64,000 bases of DNA from an uncultured Chloroflexia bacterium (GTDB lineage Bacteria > Chloroflexota > Anaerolineae > CG2-30-64-16), in assembly GCA_963810095.1 (NCBI GenBank), contig CAWEMM010000009.1:256001-320000 (forward strand), given 5' to 3'. The notes beneath the pieces were generated by a model. That model made no database searches. It was not told the DNA's origin and worked only from the letters and a program-made list of their open reading frames with translations. Both the position numbers and the translations under genes were made by a program. Shown in pieces: positions 22,412 through 33,511 of this stretch (its first letter is position 1; each line of letters starts with the position of its first letter).

Positions 22412-23866
22412 TCAGCCGCGGGCGCCGGCGACGATCTCGTCCAGCCGCTGCTGAACGTCCGCGGGCAGCGGCTCGGCCGTGTGCGTCGCGAGGATCTTGA
22501 GCGCCTTCTCCTGGGCGCGCTGGCGCAGCGTCTTGCCGCCCGCCCGGCTCCAGTCTTCGTACGGCCGGCGGTCGAAGAGCTTCGGGTACCAGTCCGACTT
22601 GTAGTGCTTCCGGGTGTGGTCCGCGCCCATGAAGTCGCCAAAGGGCCCGATTTCGTCGATGATGTCCAGCCCGAGCGTCTCGTCGTTGATCTCGAGGCCC
22701 TTCATAAACTGTTTCGTGTACCCGATCATCTCGTCGCACATGACAAGCTGCTCGATCGAGTTGCACATCCCGCCTTCGAGGTAACCCACGTCGTGTGCCA
22801 TCTGCGCGCCGGCCAGGGTTTCCAGGATGATGGAGAAAGCCGCCTCGGCCGCGGCCTGTTCGTCCGGGATTTTGGAATCGCTGCACCCGGCAAGCCCGAA
22901 GATGGGCAGCCCGTAGCGATGTGCCAGCTCCACCAGCATCACGCGGTTGTTCGGATCGCTGTACGAATCCACCGTGGTCCGCATGTCGAGCATGTCGTTC
23001 ACGCCGCCGGTCAGGATGATAGGCGTGCCCTCGCGCTTGATCTGCGCGATCACCAGTCCGGCCAGTTCCCCCGCGTTCGCCATCGCAATCGCGCCCGCGG
23101 CCGTCACAGGCCCGCTCACCCCGCGCAAGACGACAGGGGTGTAGGTGGTGGGCAGCCCCTTGCCGGCCATGAAGATGAGCTTCTGCAGCGCCTCCGCGTT
23201 GTGGCGCAGCGCGTGCGTCACGTTGATGTACAGGGCACAGATCGGGTTGCGCCGCAGCGCCTCTTCGCCGCCGGCCACTGCCTCGACCATCCGGATCACG
23301 TCCACGCAGCCGGGAAACTCGGTCGTGACGAACAGGATCGGCTTGGTCGTGTGCGTAAGCATGGCGCGCATCTGGTGCCGGTCCGACACGGCCTGGTCGA
23401 CGTCGGATGCGATGCAGAACGACATAACGAAGTCGATGTTGGGGAGCGCGTCGCAGACCAGCGCAGCTTCCTCGATGTCGCGCAACGTCCCAACTCGCCG
23501 CACACCGTCGCGCACGTCGATCACATTGGGGCAATCGGAGCCCGGCCCGTAGAAGACGTTGTTGCGTTCGAGCGGCATGACGCGGCGGCCGTTGCGGTCG
23601 CAGATGACCGTTCGTTTCGGCGCCGTGTTCAGCGCCCATTCCACCAGCCCCGGCGGGATGCGCACCCGGGCGCCCCGTCCCTCGTCGACCGCCTCGGCCG
23701 TGATGCCCTTGCGCCGCAGAAGTTCCACTGCCTCGGGCTCGTACAGGACGACACCCGTGCGGTCGAGGATCTCCAGGCTCGCGTGGTGTAGGCGCTCGGT
23801 CTGGTCGTCGGAAAGCTTCCGGAAACGCGGCGTGTCGTAGGATGTGTAGTTGCTTTGTAGGGTCAT
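22412..23866 (-). CDS. MttB superfamily methyltransferase #3, no pyrrolysine
   Basis: Intact 484-aa ORF; LHHASLEILDRTGV, GPVTAAG, NAGELAG, SDSKIPDEQAA, HDVGYLEGG. Confidence 0.93.
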   Translation of the reverse strand: MTLQSNYTSYDTPRFRKLSDDQTERLHHASLEILDRTGVVLYEPEAVELLRRKGITAEAVDEGRGARVRIPPGLVEWALNTAPKRTVICDRNGRRVMPLERNNVFYGPGSDCPNVIDVRDGVRRVGTLRDIEEAALVCDALPNIDFVMSFCIASDVDQAVSDRHQMRAMLTHTTKPILFVTTEFPGCVDVIRMVEAVAGGEEALRRNPICALYINVTHALRHNAEALQKLIFMAGKGLPTTYTPVVLRGVSGPVTAAGAIAMANAGELAGLVIAQIKREGTPIILTGGVNDMLDMRTTVDSYSDPNNRVMLVELAHRYGLPIFGLAGCSDSKIPDEQAAAEAAFSIILETLAGAQMAHDVGYLEGGMCNSIEQLVMCDEMIGYTKQFMKGLEINDETLGLDIIDEIGPFGDFMGADHTRKHYKSDWYPKLFDRRPYEDWSRAGGKTLRQRAQEKALKILATHTAEPLPADVQQRLDEIVAGARG

Positions 23867-23881
23867 TAGAATTGCTCCTGA

Positions 23882-24787
23882 TTAACTCGACGCTGATGAC
23901 GCAAATGCGGCATGATTGCCCGTAGCGTGTTCGGCACGCCGAACGGCAAGCGCCAGCGCTTCCTCGACCAGCACCGGCAGCACCGCGAGCCGGTACTCGC
24001 GGGATGCGCGCAGGACGCTGGAACGCGGGTCGGCATCGCACAGAGCCAGCCGTGCGGCCTCCGCCAACAGCTCAGGCCGCGCTCCGCGGCCGGCCAGGAA
24101 TGCTTCGGCGTCGTGGGCCCGGATGGGGCAAGGACCGACCGGGCCCATCGCGATGGCCGCCGAAACAATCAGGCCGCCGTCCAGCACCACTTTGACCGCG
24201 CAATTCAGGGTCGGCAGCACGAGCGCCGGCCGTCGCCCTGCCCGGCGCCACGCCGTCCCCCACGCGCCCGGGGGGATCGGGAAGCGAATGTGCGTGACGA
24301 TCTCCCGGGTCGAGTCGATGGTCGACCGGCCCGGCCCTGCGTAGAGCTCGGCCACGGGCCGCCAGCGCTCGCGTTTCATATCCAGCACACGCACTTCGGC
24401 ATCCAGGGCGGTGGCAATGATCGCGCCGTCTGCCGCCGGCATGGCTTGCACCAGGTTTCCGACCCAAGTGGCCGACGTCTGGATTGCGAGTGCGCCGACC
24501 GACGCGGCCGCGTCGACGAGTGCATGGAAGTGGGACGCGAGGTACGGGTGCTCGCGCAGCGCGACGAACGGCACGGCCGCGCCAATCGTCGCCCACCCGT
24601 CGCCGACTTCGATCGCGCCGAGTTCGGGGATGCGGGTGATATCCACCAGGCAGGCCGGCGTATGCTTGCCCTGCTCGATGTCGAGCAGGATGTCCGTGCC
24701 CCCCGCGACGATACGGGCATGACCGGCACACGCATGGAGCATTTCCAGGGCCTGCTGCGGCGTGGTGGGGAAGAGATAGTCCGTCAT
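23882..24787 (-). CDS. Xanthine dehydrogenase family FAD-binding subunit (enzyme 1)
   Basis: AGGTD, VGALAIQTSATWVGNL, PAADG, RASREYR. Confidence 0.9.
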   Translation of the reverse strand: MTDYLFPTTPQQALEMLHACAGHARIVAGGTDILLDIEQGKHTPACLVDITRIPELGAIEVGDGWATIGAAVPFVALREHPYLASHFHALVDAAASVGALAIQTSATWVGNLVQAMPAADGAIIATALDAEVRVLDMKRERWRPVAELYAGPGRSTIDSTREIVTHIRFPIPPGAWGTAWRRAGRRPALVLPTLNCAVKVVLDGGLIVSAAIAMGPVGPCPIRAHDAEAFLAGRGARPELLAEAARLALCDADPRSSVLRASREYRLAVLPVLVEEALALAVRRAEHATGNHAAFASSASS

Positions 24788-27536
24788 CGTTCCTCCCCGC
24801 GAATCGCTGCCAGGATGCGCTCGGGCGTGGCGGGGATCGTGCGCACCCGCTGGCCAATGGCCCGCGAGATCGCATTGACGATCGCGGGCGTGGCGGGCAG
24901 CATGGCCGCCTCCCCCAGCCCCTTCACGCCGAACGGGCCGAAACGGCTGGGCACTTCGACAAGGACGACCTCGATCTCGGGCATCGACTTAACCGTCGGG
25001 AGATAGTAGTCGGCAAACCCGGTGGTATGGCCGGGCAGCACCTCTTCCATCAACGCCGCGCCCAATCCCATCACGACCGCACCCTCGATCTGCCCTTCCG
25101 CGTCCGGCCGGTTGACCGCACGGCCTACGTCGTGCGCGGCGACCATTCTCAGCACTTGGACCTCGCCGGTACGCATGTTTACTTCGACCTCGGCCAGGTG
25201 CGCGCCGGTGACGAAGAGTGGGGCATACTCGGGACTGGCCTCGGGCGGGAAGCGAGGCGATAGGTCGAAGATGCCGAGGGTGCGCCGCGATTTGCCGAGC
25301 CGGTCGAACTCGCGGGCGACCTCTGCCAGCGGCAGGTGCAGCCCGTCGGGTGATACCACGGCCCGCCCCGCCAGCGAGAGCGAGGCGGGCGCCCGGTCGA
25401 GGATCTCGGCTGCGACGCCCAGCACTTCGTCCAGCAGGTTTGCGGCAGCTCGGACCACTGCGCCGCCGACAAAATAGGTCGCGCGCGACGCGCCCTGGAT
25501 GCCGCTGTCGGGGGCCCGTGCCGTGTCCGAGTTGACCAGGATGACTTCATCTCGGCTCACGCCCAGGGCCTCGGCGGCCATTTGCACCATCGTGGTGTTC
25601 GTGCCCTGCCCGTAATCGGCTGCGGTGCAGTAGATGACGAACCGGCCGTCGCTTGCCAGCTCCGCGTGCGCCTCAATCCGCAGCGATCCGGACTTGCCGA
25701 AGCGATACCACATCCCGGCAAGCCCCACGCCGCGGGAGAAGCCCGGTTTGTCTTGGGAAGACCCGGCCCGCACGCCGGCGAGCATCGCCTCGTAATGCGG
25801 CCGGAGCGCCTCCAGCACCTCGCGGAACCCGAGCGACTCTGCCACCGGATAGCCGAGGAACGAGTTTTCGCCGTCATGCAGCCGGTTCTGCAGCCGGAAC
25901 TCGAGCGGGTCCGCCCCAAGCCGCTGGCACAGCTCGTCCAGCGCGCACTCGGTGGCAAAGCACGCCTGCGCGGTCCCGAACCCGCGGTACTGGCCCGCTT
26001 TCGGACCGTTGGTGTAGACGGTCTGCGCCCGGGCGTCGACTGCGGCCCAGCGGTACGGGCCGCCGCTGGCGGTCACGGCATAGTTCGGAATGTATTGCCC
26101 CGAGGCATCATACGCGCCCGTGTTGGCTTCGATTCGTGTCTGGATGCCCGTCAGCCGCCCATCGCGGGTGGCGCCGATGCGATTGCGGACCAGGTAGGGG
26201 TGGCGCTTGGGCGAGGCATGAAATGACTCCTGCCGTGAGTAGACGAGCATCACGGGCCGCTGCGTCGCATAGGTCATCAGCGCGGTCGCGATGAACGGCC
26301 ACGGGTCCTGCTTGCCCCCGAACGACCCACCGGTCGGTGGAATCACGACGCGTACCTGCTCGCGCGGCAGCGCCAGGCTTGCCGAGATGTAGGCTTGCTG
26401 GTAGTACGCCTCGTGCGCGCCGCCGGCCACCGTCAGGCGGCCCTCGTCGTCGTAGTAGCCCAGCAGCGACTCACGTTCCAGCGCGCCGTGCTCGAGAAAC
26501 GCGGTGCGGTACTCGGTCTCGACGACCACGGCGGACCGCTCGAGCGCGGTTTCAAGATCGCCGTGCTTGACCTCATAGGAACTGAGAATGTTCCCGCGGC
26601 CGGCAATATACGGTGCGCCCGAGACCTGCGCGGCTTCGACGTCGAAGGTGTGTGGCAGCATCTGGTAGTCCACCTTGGCGGCCGCCGCGCCTGCCCGCGC
26701 CGAGCCGACGGTTTCGGCCACCACCAGCGCGACCGGCGCACCGATCATTCGGACGGTCGCGCCCAACCGGCGCCAAGCACCGGCTCTTCCTGGCTGTAAT
26801 CCCCCAGGCCGTTTTCGCCGGGAATGTCCGCTGCGGTGAGCACCGCCACGACGCCGGGAACTGCCTGCGCTTCGCTTAGGTCGATCGAGAGTACCCGGGC
26901 GTGGTGGTGGGGCGACCGCACGACCGCGCCGTGCAGCATGCCGTCCATCCGCATGTCCTCGACATAGCGGGTGGCGCCGGTTACCTTGCCCTGAGAGTCC
27001 GTGCGTAGGTTGCTGCCGCCGATCGCACCGGGGGCATTGGGCTTGGGGGCAAGCGTCGGAGCTTCCTGTGATCGCAGCCGCCGCGCCGCAAGTTCGACTG
27101 CCTGCACGATCTTCCGGTAACCGGTACACCGGCACAGGTTGCCTTCGAGCGCGTCGACGATTTCCCCCCGGCTCGGCTCCTGCGTCCGGTCGAGCAGCCC
27201 CTTGGCCGCCATCAACATGCCGGGCGTGCAGAAGCCGCACTGGACCGCGCCGGCCTCGACGAACGCGGTTTGCAGCGGATGCAGGCCGTCCGGACCGGCG
27301 AGCCCTTCCACCGTCTGCACCTGCCGGCCGGCAACCTTGCCGACGGGCGTCAGGCAGGAGCGGACGGGCCGCCCGTCGAGCAGCACCGTGCACGCACCGC
27401 ACTCCCCTTCGTGGTCACACCCTTGCTTCGTTCCGGTCAGGCCCAGGTCCGCCCGGAGCACATCAAGCAGCGGCCGCGCCGGGTCCGTATCGACCGCGAC
27501 GAGGATGCGATTCAAGGAAAACACAATGTGGGACAA
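24784..27536 (-). CDS. Xanthine dehydrogenase family molybdopterin subunit with fused N-terminal 2x[2Fe-2S] domain (enzyme 1); frameshift ~26770
   Basis: GCDHEGECGAC, QCGFCTPG, NLCRCTGY followed by KVTGATRY (ORF 26745-27536); GGSFGGK, YRGFG, GQG, KGLGE (ORF 24784-27402). Confidence 0.9.
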
Positions 27537-27632
27537 ACCTGTGCCTCGGAATCTATCTTCTTATCCGCATTCCCTCGTCCTCGCAGCTATCGAAAAGCTG
27601 CGGCGACGGGGGAATGCGGACTTGCGAACACT

Positions 27633-28746
27633 CTATGCCGGAACGGTTCTCAGGTCTGTGAGGACAGTTTCGAGGGTTGAGATGAGCCGGGCGTTCTGGG
27701 TTGCATCTCCGACGGTAATGCGGAGATACTCCGGCAGATCGTAGCCCGTGCAGGGGCGGACGATGACCCCGCGCTTAAGCAGTTCCTCGTACACTCGTTT
27801 CGCCTCCGGACCCAACCGGGCAAGCAGGAAGTTGGTCTGGCTGCGCACGTAGCCGATGCCCAGCCGGTCGAACTCGCGATAGAGGAACTCGCGGCCTGCG
27901 GCGTTCACGCTCACCGTGCGCTTGAGAAATGCGCTGTCCTTCAACGCCGCTTCTCCCGCCACCTGGGCCAGCAGGTTGACCGGGAAGGACTCGGTGCAGG
28001 CGCGCATCGGGGCAAGCAACTCGGCCGAGGCGAGGGCGTAGCCTAAGCGGATGCCCGCGATGCCGTATGCCTTCGAGAACGTGCGGAGGATGCAGACGTT
28101 CTTGCGGCCTTCCAGAACGTACGGCAGCGTGTCGGGGTATTCGGGATCATCTACAAAGTCGTAGTACGCCTCGTCAAAGACCACGATCGCCGTGTCGGGC
28201 ACGCGCGCCATGAAGCGGTCGACCTCGGCCGCGGTCACGATGCTGCTCGTCGGGTTGTTCGGGTTACAGACGAAGATCAGCCGGGTGCGCGGGGTGATCG
28301 CGCCGGCCATCGCACGCAGGTCGAACCGGAGATCGGGTGTGAGCGCGTGTCTTCACCAGCCGGGCGCGCATCACCGCGGCGCTGATGTCGTAAACCGGGA
28401 ACGACGAGCAGCTGGTCAGCACCTCGTCGCCGTCGTTCAGGTAGGACACACACAGCTCGCGGATCACGCCGTCGGCCCCGTTGCCCACCCGGACCATCTC
28501 GGGTTCCACCCCATGATACGCTCCGAGCGCGTGCCGAAGCCGGTACGCCTGTGCGTCCGGGTACATGTTGAGCGAGGGCAGCGCCTCCATCAGCGCCTGC
28601 ACGACGACGGGCGACGCGCCGATAGGGTTCTCGTTTGATGCCAGCTTGATGATATCCGTCAGCCCATACTCCCGCTGCACTTCCTCGATCGGCTTGCCGG
28701 GGACGTAAGGGCGGATCGCACTCAGGCCACGTTGCGGCTTAACCAT
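27633..28746 (-). CDS. hisC: Histidinol-phosphate/aromatic aminotransferase (class I/II PLP), frameshift ~28345
   Basis: YVPGKPIEEV, KLASNENP, YPD, GNGADG, CNPNNPT, DEAY, RTFSKAYGIAGIRLGY; no other his genes nearby, so the role is probably catabolic. Confidence 0.88.
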
Positions 28747-28750
28747 GGTT

Positions 28751-30892
28751 TCACCTTGCCTCTTGTTGCACGCAGATGATGCGGACGTCGCCGGCCACAG
28801 CGCCGGCGGGAGAAGCAAACACCGGGTTCAGATCGATCTCGGCGAGCTCGGGATAGGCGAAAGGCAGCTCGGACACGCGCACGACCATGTCGGCCAGCGC
28901 GTGCACGTCTACCCCCTGCTGGCCCCGCGCACCCGCCAGGATGCGATACCCGCGTATCGACCGGATCATCGCGTGTGCTTCGGCATGGTTCACCGGCGCG
29001 ACGCGCAGCGCGACGTCTGCAAGCACTTCGGTATAGATGCCGCCCAGGCCGAACGCTACGACCGGCCCAAACTGCCGATCGCGGGACAGGCCGATCAGGA
29101 CCTCGTGGCCCCCGCGGATCAGTGGGTAGACGACGACGCCGGCGAACGACGCGCTTTCTGCCCGACCCCGGATGGTCCTGAACGCCTCGAGTGCCGCGGC
29201 TTCGTCCCGGATGCCCACGATCACGCCCCCTCGCTCCGACTTGTGCAGGATATCGGGCGAAACGACCTTCATCACCGCGGGGAAACCGACGCCGTAACAC
29301 GCGGCCGCGGCTTCTTCTTCATTCTCGGCAAACATGAAGACTGGGGTGGGGATGCCGTTACCGCCCAGCCACATCATCGCGTCCGGTTCGAGGATGGGCT
29401 CCCGCGGCAGCGCGGGGCGCTCCGACACGGCGACCGGCGCATAGGCATCATACGGGTTCGCGTCGGGGCCGCATTTTGGTAGGCGCGCCATATTCGCAAG
29501 CGCCGTCACAGCACGTTCGGGCGTTGGGAAGTTGAGGATGCCGTTCTCGTGCAGGTACGCGACGGCGCCGGCCGTGACGGCCTCGGGGAGGAAACTCGTC
29601 AAGATGGGCTTGCCCGTCGTGCGGGCCGCATCCACGATGCCGCGGGCGATGGACAGCGACTCCAGGTAGGGCGGCGCGATGTTAATCGCCACGGCGGCAT
29701 CGAACAGGGCGCCCTCAGAAACCAGGTTGCTTGAAGAAACCTGGTTTCTCTCGAACAAGGCCGTCAGCGTCTCGCGATACCCCTTTTCCGTCCCTTCCAC
29801 GGTCAGGTCGATCGGGTTCTTGAGCGCGGCGTGGGCGGGCAAGAACGCGGCGAGCTTTGCCTTGACCGCGGTGTCCGGCTCCGCCACGATGAGCCCCACC
29901 GCCTCGGCCTTGTCCGCGGCCAGGATACTTGGCCCGCCCGAGTTCGTCACCACTGCGACGCGGCCTCCCGTCAACGCGGGCAGACCGGTCAGCGCGCGGC
30001 ACAGGTCGAACATCTCCTCGGCTGACGACACCCGCAGCGCTCCGCACTGGCGGAAAGCCGCGTCGTAAACCGCGTCGCTGCCCGCCAGAGAGCCCGTGTG
30101 GGAGAGCGTCGCACGTTGCCCCGACTCCCCGCGGCCCGCCTTGATCACGATGACCGGCTTTTGCGCCCGGCATCGTGCGACCGCGTGCATGAATGCCCGC
30201 CCATCGCTCACGGTCTCGATGTAGACGCACACCACGTGCGTTTCGGGATCGTCCGCCAGGTAGTTCAGCAGGTCGACTTCGTTGACGTCGGCGCGGTTGC
30301 CATAGCTTACGAACTTCGAGATGCCGAGCCCGTCCCGCTTCGCCCATCCGAGCAGCACGCCCGCCAGCGCGCCGCTCTGCGAGATAATCGCGACGTGGCC
30401 GGGCGGGGGCAAGGTCTCCAGCGTGGGGCAGAGGCGGTGCGCGGTGTTGATGATGCCTGCGCAGTTCGGCCCGACTATCCGGAGGCCATTGGCCGCGGCC
30501 ACGGCCTTGATTTCTGCCTCGCCGGCCTGGTTGCCCATCTCCCCGAAACCCGACGAGATGATGACGGCCGCGCTAACCCCTGCCTGCCCGCATTCCTCGA
30601 GAACCGCGGCCACCGTGCCGGCGGGCGAGGCAATCACGGCAAGGTCGACGGGCAATCCGGCGGCTGTGAGCGAAGAGCAGCCCGGAACGCCAAGCGCGCC
30701 CTGGCCCTTCGGGTTGATTGCGACCACGTCGCGATATCCGCCTGCCAGCATCTGCCGCAGCAGCTCGTACCCCAGCTTGCCCTCAGCGACCGAGCCGACC
30801 AGCGCGACCGCCCGCGGGGTGAAGAAGGGTTCGAGACTGGAGACTTCTGGCCTCTCGTCGGGCCCGAAGCGCTGCCCTGGGGACGCGCTCAT
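28751..30892 (-). CDS. ADP-forming acyl-CoA synthetase (acetate-CoA ligase family), fused alpha-beta
   Basis: CoA-binding domain, GPNCAG, SQSGAL, phospho-His SHTGSLAG, NPIDL, ATP-grasp HKSERGGV, EIDLNP. Confidence 0.92.
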   Translation of the reverse strand: MSASPGQRFGPDERPEVSSLEPFFTPRAVALVGSVAEGKLGYELLRQMLAGGYRDVVAINPKGQGALGVPGCSSLTAAGLPVDLAVIASPAGTVAAVLEECGQAGVSAAVIISSGFGEMGNQAGEAEIKAVAAANGLRIVGPNCAGIINTAHRLCPTLETLPPPGHVAIISQSGALAGVLLGWAKRDGLGISKFVSYGNRADVNEVDLLNYLADDPETHVVCVYIETVSDGRAFMHAVARCRAQKPVIVIKAGRGESGQRATLSHTGSLAGSDAVYDAAFRQCGALRVSSAEEMFDLCRALTGLPALTGGRVAVVTNSGGPSILAADKAEAVGLIVAEPDTAVKAKLAAFLPAHAALKNPIDLTVEGTEKGYRETLTALFERNQVSSSNLVSEGALFDAAVAINIAPPYLESLSIARGIVDAARTTGKPILTSFLPEAVTAGAVAYLHENGILNFPTPERAVTALANMARLPKCGPDANPYDAYAPVAVSERPALPREPILEPDAMMWLGGNGIPTPVFMFAENEEEAAAACYGVGFPAVMKVVSPDILHKSERGGVIVGIRDEAAALEAFRTIRGRAESASFAGVVVYPLIRGGHEVLIGLSRDRQFGPVVAFGLGGIYTEVLADVALRVAPVNHAEAHAMIRSIRGYRILAGARGQQGVDVHALADMVVRVSELPFAYPELAEIDLNPVFASPAGAVAGDVRIICVQQEAR
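29717..29749. repeat. Family C palindrome dimer, in-frame inside the acyl-CoA ligase
   Basis: AGAAACCAGGTTGCTTGAAGAAACCTGGTTTCT (33 bp), encodes RNQVSSSNLVS. Confidence 0.8.
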
Positions 30893-31485
30893 TGCACTAC
30901 CATGGCCGCGGCTGAGTTGAACGCAAACAGGTTGCGCGCGACGCCCCGCTTCCACCGGCCTCCGATGACTTCCGCCACCGCCGCCGGCGCGATCACCCGA
31001 CCGAGGCCGGTCTGCGCGGCTGCGACGCCCAGCGTGTAGACATTGTCTGGCACGGGCTGGCCCTCGAAAAGCGGCAGCACCTCGGGATCGATCACGACGG
31101 GCCACGCGCCCGCCGCCTCTACCTGCTTCACGACGGCCTCGAGTTCGGGATAGGGCGCCTTGCCCAGCATCACTGCGGTGGGCTGCCACACGGCGGCAAA
31201 CAGGACGAAGTCGCCGCCGGGCTTCACGAAACGAACCGCCTTGAGCGCCTCTGACACCTCGGTCGCCACCACGAGGTCGGCGCCCTGCTCGGGAATCGCC
31301 GGCCCGGGTGTCGCCCGGCCGATCCTCAACTGCGCCTTGACAAATCCGCCGCGCTGCGCCATGCCCTTGGTCGGGTAGAAGTTGACGGGCAGCCCCGCTC
31401 GGAAGGCGGTTTCGGCGATGATCTCGCCGATGGTCAACACACCCTGCCCGCCCACGCCGACCAGGTAGATATCATACGTGTTCAT
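30889..31485 (-). CDS. iorB: Indolepyruvate/aryl-pyruvate:ferredoxin oxidoreductase beta subunit
   Basis: MNTYDIYLVGVGGQGVL, GMAQRGG, N...LG, NLFAF; translationally coupled on both sides. Confidence 0.9.
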   Translation of the reverse strand: MNTYDIYLVGVGGQGVLTIGEIIAETAFRAGLPVNFYPTKGMAQRGGFVKAQLRIGRATPGPAIPEQGADLVVATEVSEALKAVRFVKPGGDFVLFAAVWQPTAVMLGKAPYPELEAVVKQVEAAGAWPVVIDPEVLPLFEGQPVPDNVYTLGVAAAQTGLGRVIAPAAVAEVIGGRWKRGVARNLFAFNSAAAMVVQ

Positions 31486-33418
31486 GCGACTGCCTCCGCG
31501 GGGGCCACGAATTCGATCGCGTCCCGGTTGCACACCGCGCCGCACAGGTTGCAGCCGTAGCACACCTCGGGGTCGATAATCACCGTGCCGTCCCCAAGGC
31601 TGAGCGCAGGACAGCCGGTCTGGATGATGCACAGCTTGCAGGCGTTGCAGTTCTCCGCGATCACCCGGACCTCGCCGGCTCGCTTCCCGCGGCGCATTGC
31701 CGGCATTGCGCACTCCTGCCGGGCTAGCACCACCTTCACGCCGGGTCGTTTGATCGCGTTGAGGATCGCGGCGGTCGTCTGATCCTGGTCGAACGGGTCG
31801 ACCTCGGCGAAGAAGTCGACCCCGATGGCCTCGACGATCTTCGCAATGTCCACCGTCCGCGCCGCTCCCGCCACGCCCGGCTGGCGCGCCGCCTCTGTGC
31901 CCGGATTGGGCTGCATCCCCGTCATGCTCGTCCAGCCGTTGTCGAGGATGATGACAGTGATGGGCGCCTGGTGCTGCACCGCATTCACCAGCCCCGCCAT
32001 GCCTGCATGGAAAAAGGTCGAGTCGCCGATGGTTGCAATGACCGGCGTCTGCACCCCGGCATAGACGTAACCCTGCGCGAGCGGGATGCTCGCGCCCATG
32101 CTCACCTCGTTCCACACCGTGTTGAAGGGCGGGTTCATGCCGAGGATGGTGCAGCCGATATCGCCCGTCACCATCACGTCGTCCTTTTTGTACCCTGCCT
32201 TCCGAACCGCGGTGTTGATGCTCATGAACACGCCGCGGTGTGGGCAGCCGGCGCAGACGGTAATCGGTCGAGCGGCAGCGAGCTTCTCGGCCTCCACATT
32301 GCCCCGCAGCAGGTCCGCGGGGAGCGCCAGGTTGGGCAGCGCCGCGGTCAGACCCGCGAAAATGTGCCGCAGCCCGTACTCTCCCACTCGTTCGTACAAG
32401 CCGGATTCTTTGCCCAGGATTCGCCCGTTCCAACCCATTTTCTGGGCTTCGACGTAGAAGCCGCGTTCCACGGCCGGCTCGAGCTCCTCCAGCACGAGCA
32501 CGACCTGGCAGTGCGCCAGCATCTGCCGCGCCTCTGTCGCGGGGAAGGGATGGACTGCGGTCAGGGTCAGCACCGACAGGGCTGCCGGGTCCAACCCGTG
32601 GGGCCGAGCCATCTCGAACGCCTCTTCCAGGTAGGCGGCCACCACGCCGCAGGCAACCAGCCCGACGCCATTTTTCTGCGCCGAGAGATGCAGCGAGTTC
32701 AAACCGAGCTCGCGGGCCAACTCGCCTGCCTGTCCCAGCCGGGTGATGACATCGCGGTGCTGCGCCATGCAGATGGCCGACCCCGCCTTCGTGAAGCGGT
32801 CGATGTCGCGAATAAGCTGCGCGGGCCGCGCCGAAGAGCATCCTGGGCGGAGCGGAGCGGAGTCGAAGGACCGTCGTCGTCCACGTCAACCGGCGCGAAC
32901 GAGGAGGAAATTGACGTAACGAGACGAACGAAGACGGGTGTCCCCGTGCGCTCCGAGATATCAAACGCGACCTTCGTGAGCCGGTACGCGTCCGCCACGG
33001 AAGCGGCATCCAACATGGGCAAGTCGGACATCACGGCGAACCCCCGCGAGTCCTGCTCGCACATGCCTGCGCTGACCCCTGGATCGTCGGCAACATAGAT
33101 GACGAGTCCGCCCACCACTCCCGAGTAGGCGATGGACGTGATCGAATCGTAGGCCACGTTCACGCCCGACATCTTCATCGTACAGAGCGCGCGCTGCCCG
33201 GCCCACGCCGCGCCGGACGCGATCTCGAACGCCACCTTTTCGTTGGTGCTCCATTCGACGTGTACGCCAGCATCCCGCAGGGTTGTGGGGTCGAGCAGGA
33301 GCAGGCTTTCGATCGCACCCGTCGAAGGCGTTCCCGGATAGCCGGTCACCACCTTCACGCCTGCGTGCAGCGCGCCCAGCGCCAGCGCCTCGTTGCCGGT
33401 AAGCAGTTTCAAAGCCAA
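31482..33418 (-). CDS. iorA: Indolepyruvate/aryl-pyruvate:ferredoxin oxidoreductase alpha subunit; frameshift ~32830
   Basis: TTG start after GAGGAGG; LLTGNEA, GYPGTPS, WSTNEKVA, EQDSR; CAGCPHR, GDIGC, GDSTFFH TPP motif; C-terminal 2x[4Fe-4S] CNACKLC...CP and CYGCNLC...C. Confidence 0.92.
32838..32870. repeat. Family A element inside iorA
   Basis: GCATCCTGGGCGGAGCGGAGCGGAGTCGAAGGA, encodes PSTPLRSAQDA. Confidence 0.8.
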
Positions 33419-33460
33419 GTCAGGCCTCCTCAAAATCGGGCTTGAACGCTAAGACAAAGG

Positions 33461-33500
33461 CACAAAGACACGACGTCGTTGGTGGCTTCGTGTCTTTGTG
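33461..33500. repeat. Family E inverted repeat
   Basis: Perfect 13-bp IR CACAAAGACACGA / TCGTGTCTTTGTG, intergenic. Confidence 0.7.
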
Positions 33501-33511
33501 TGATTCATCGC

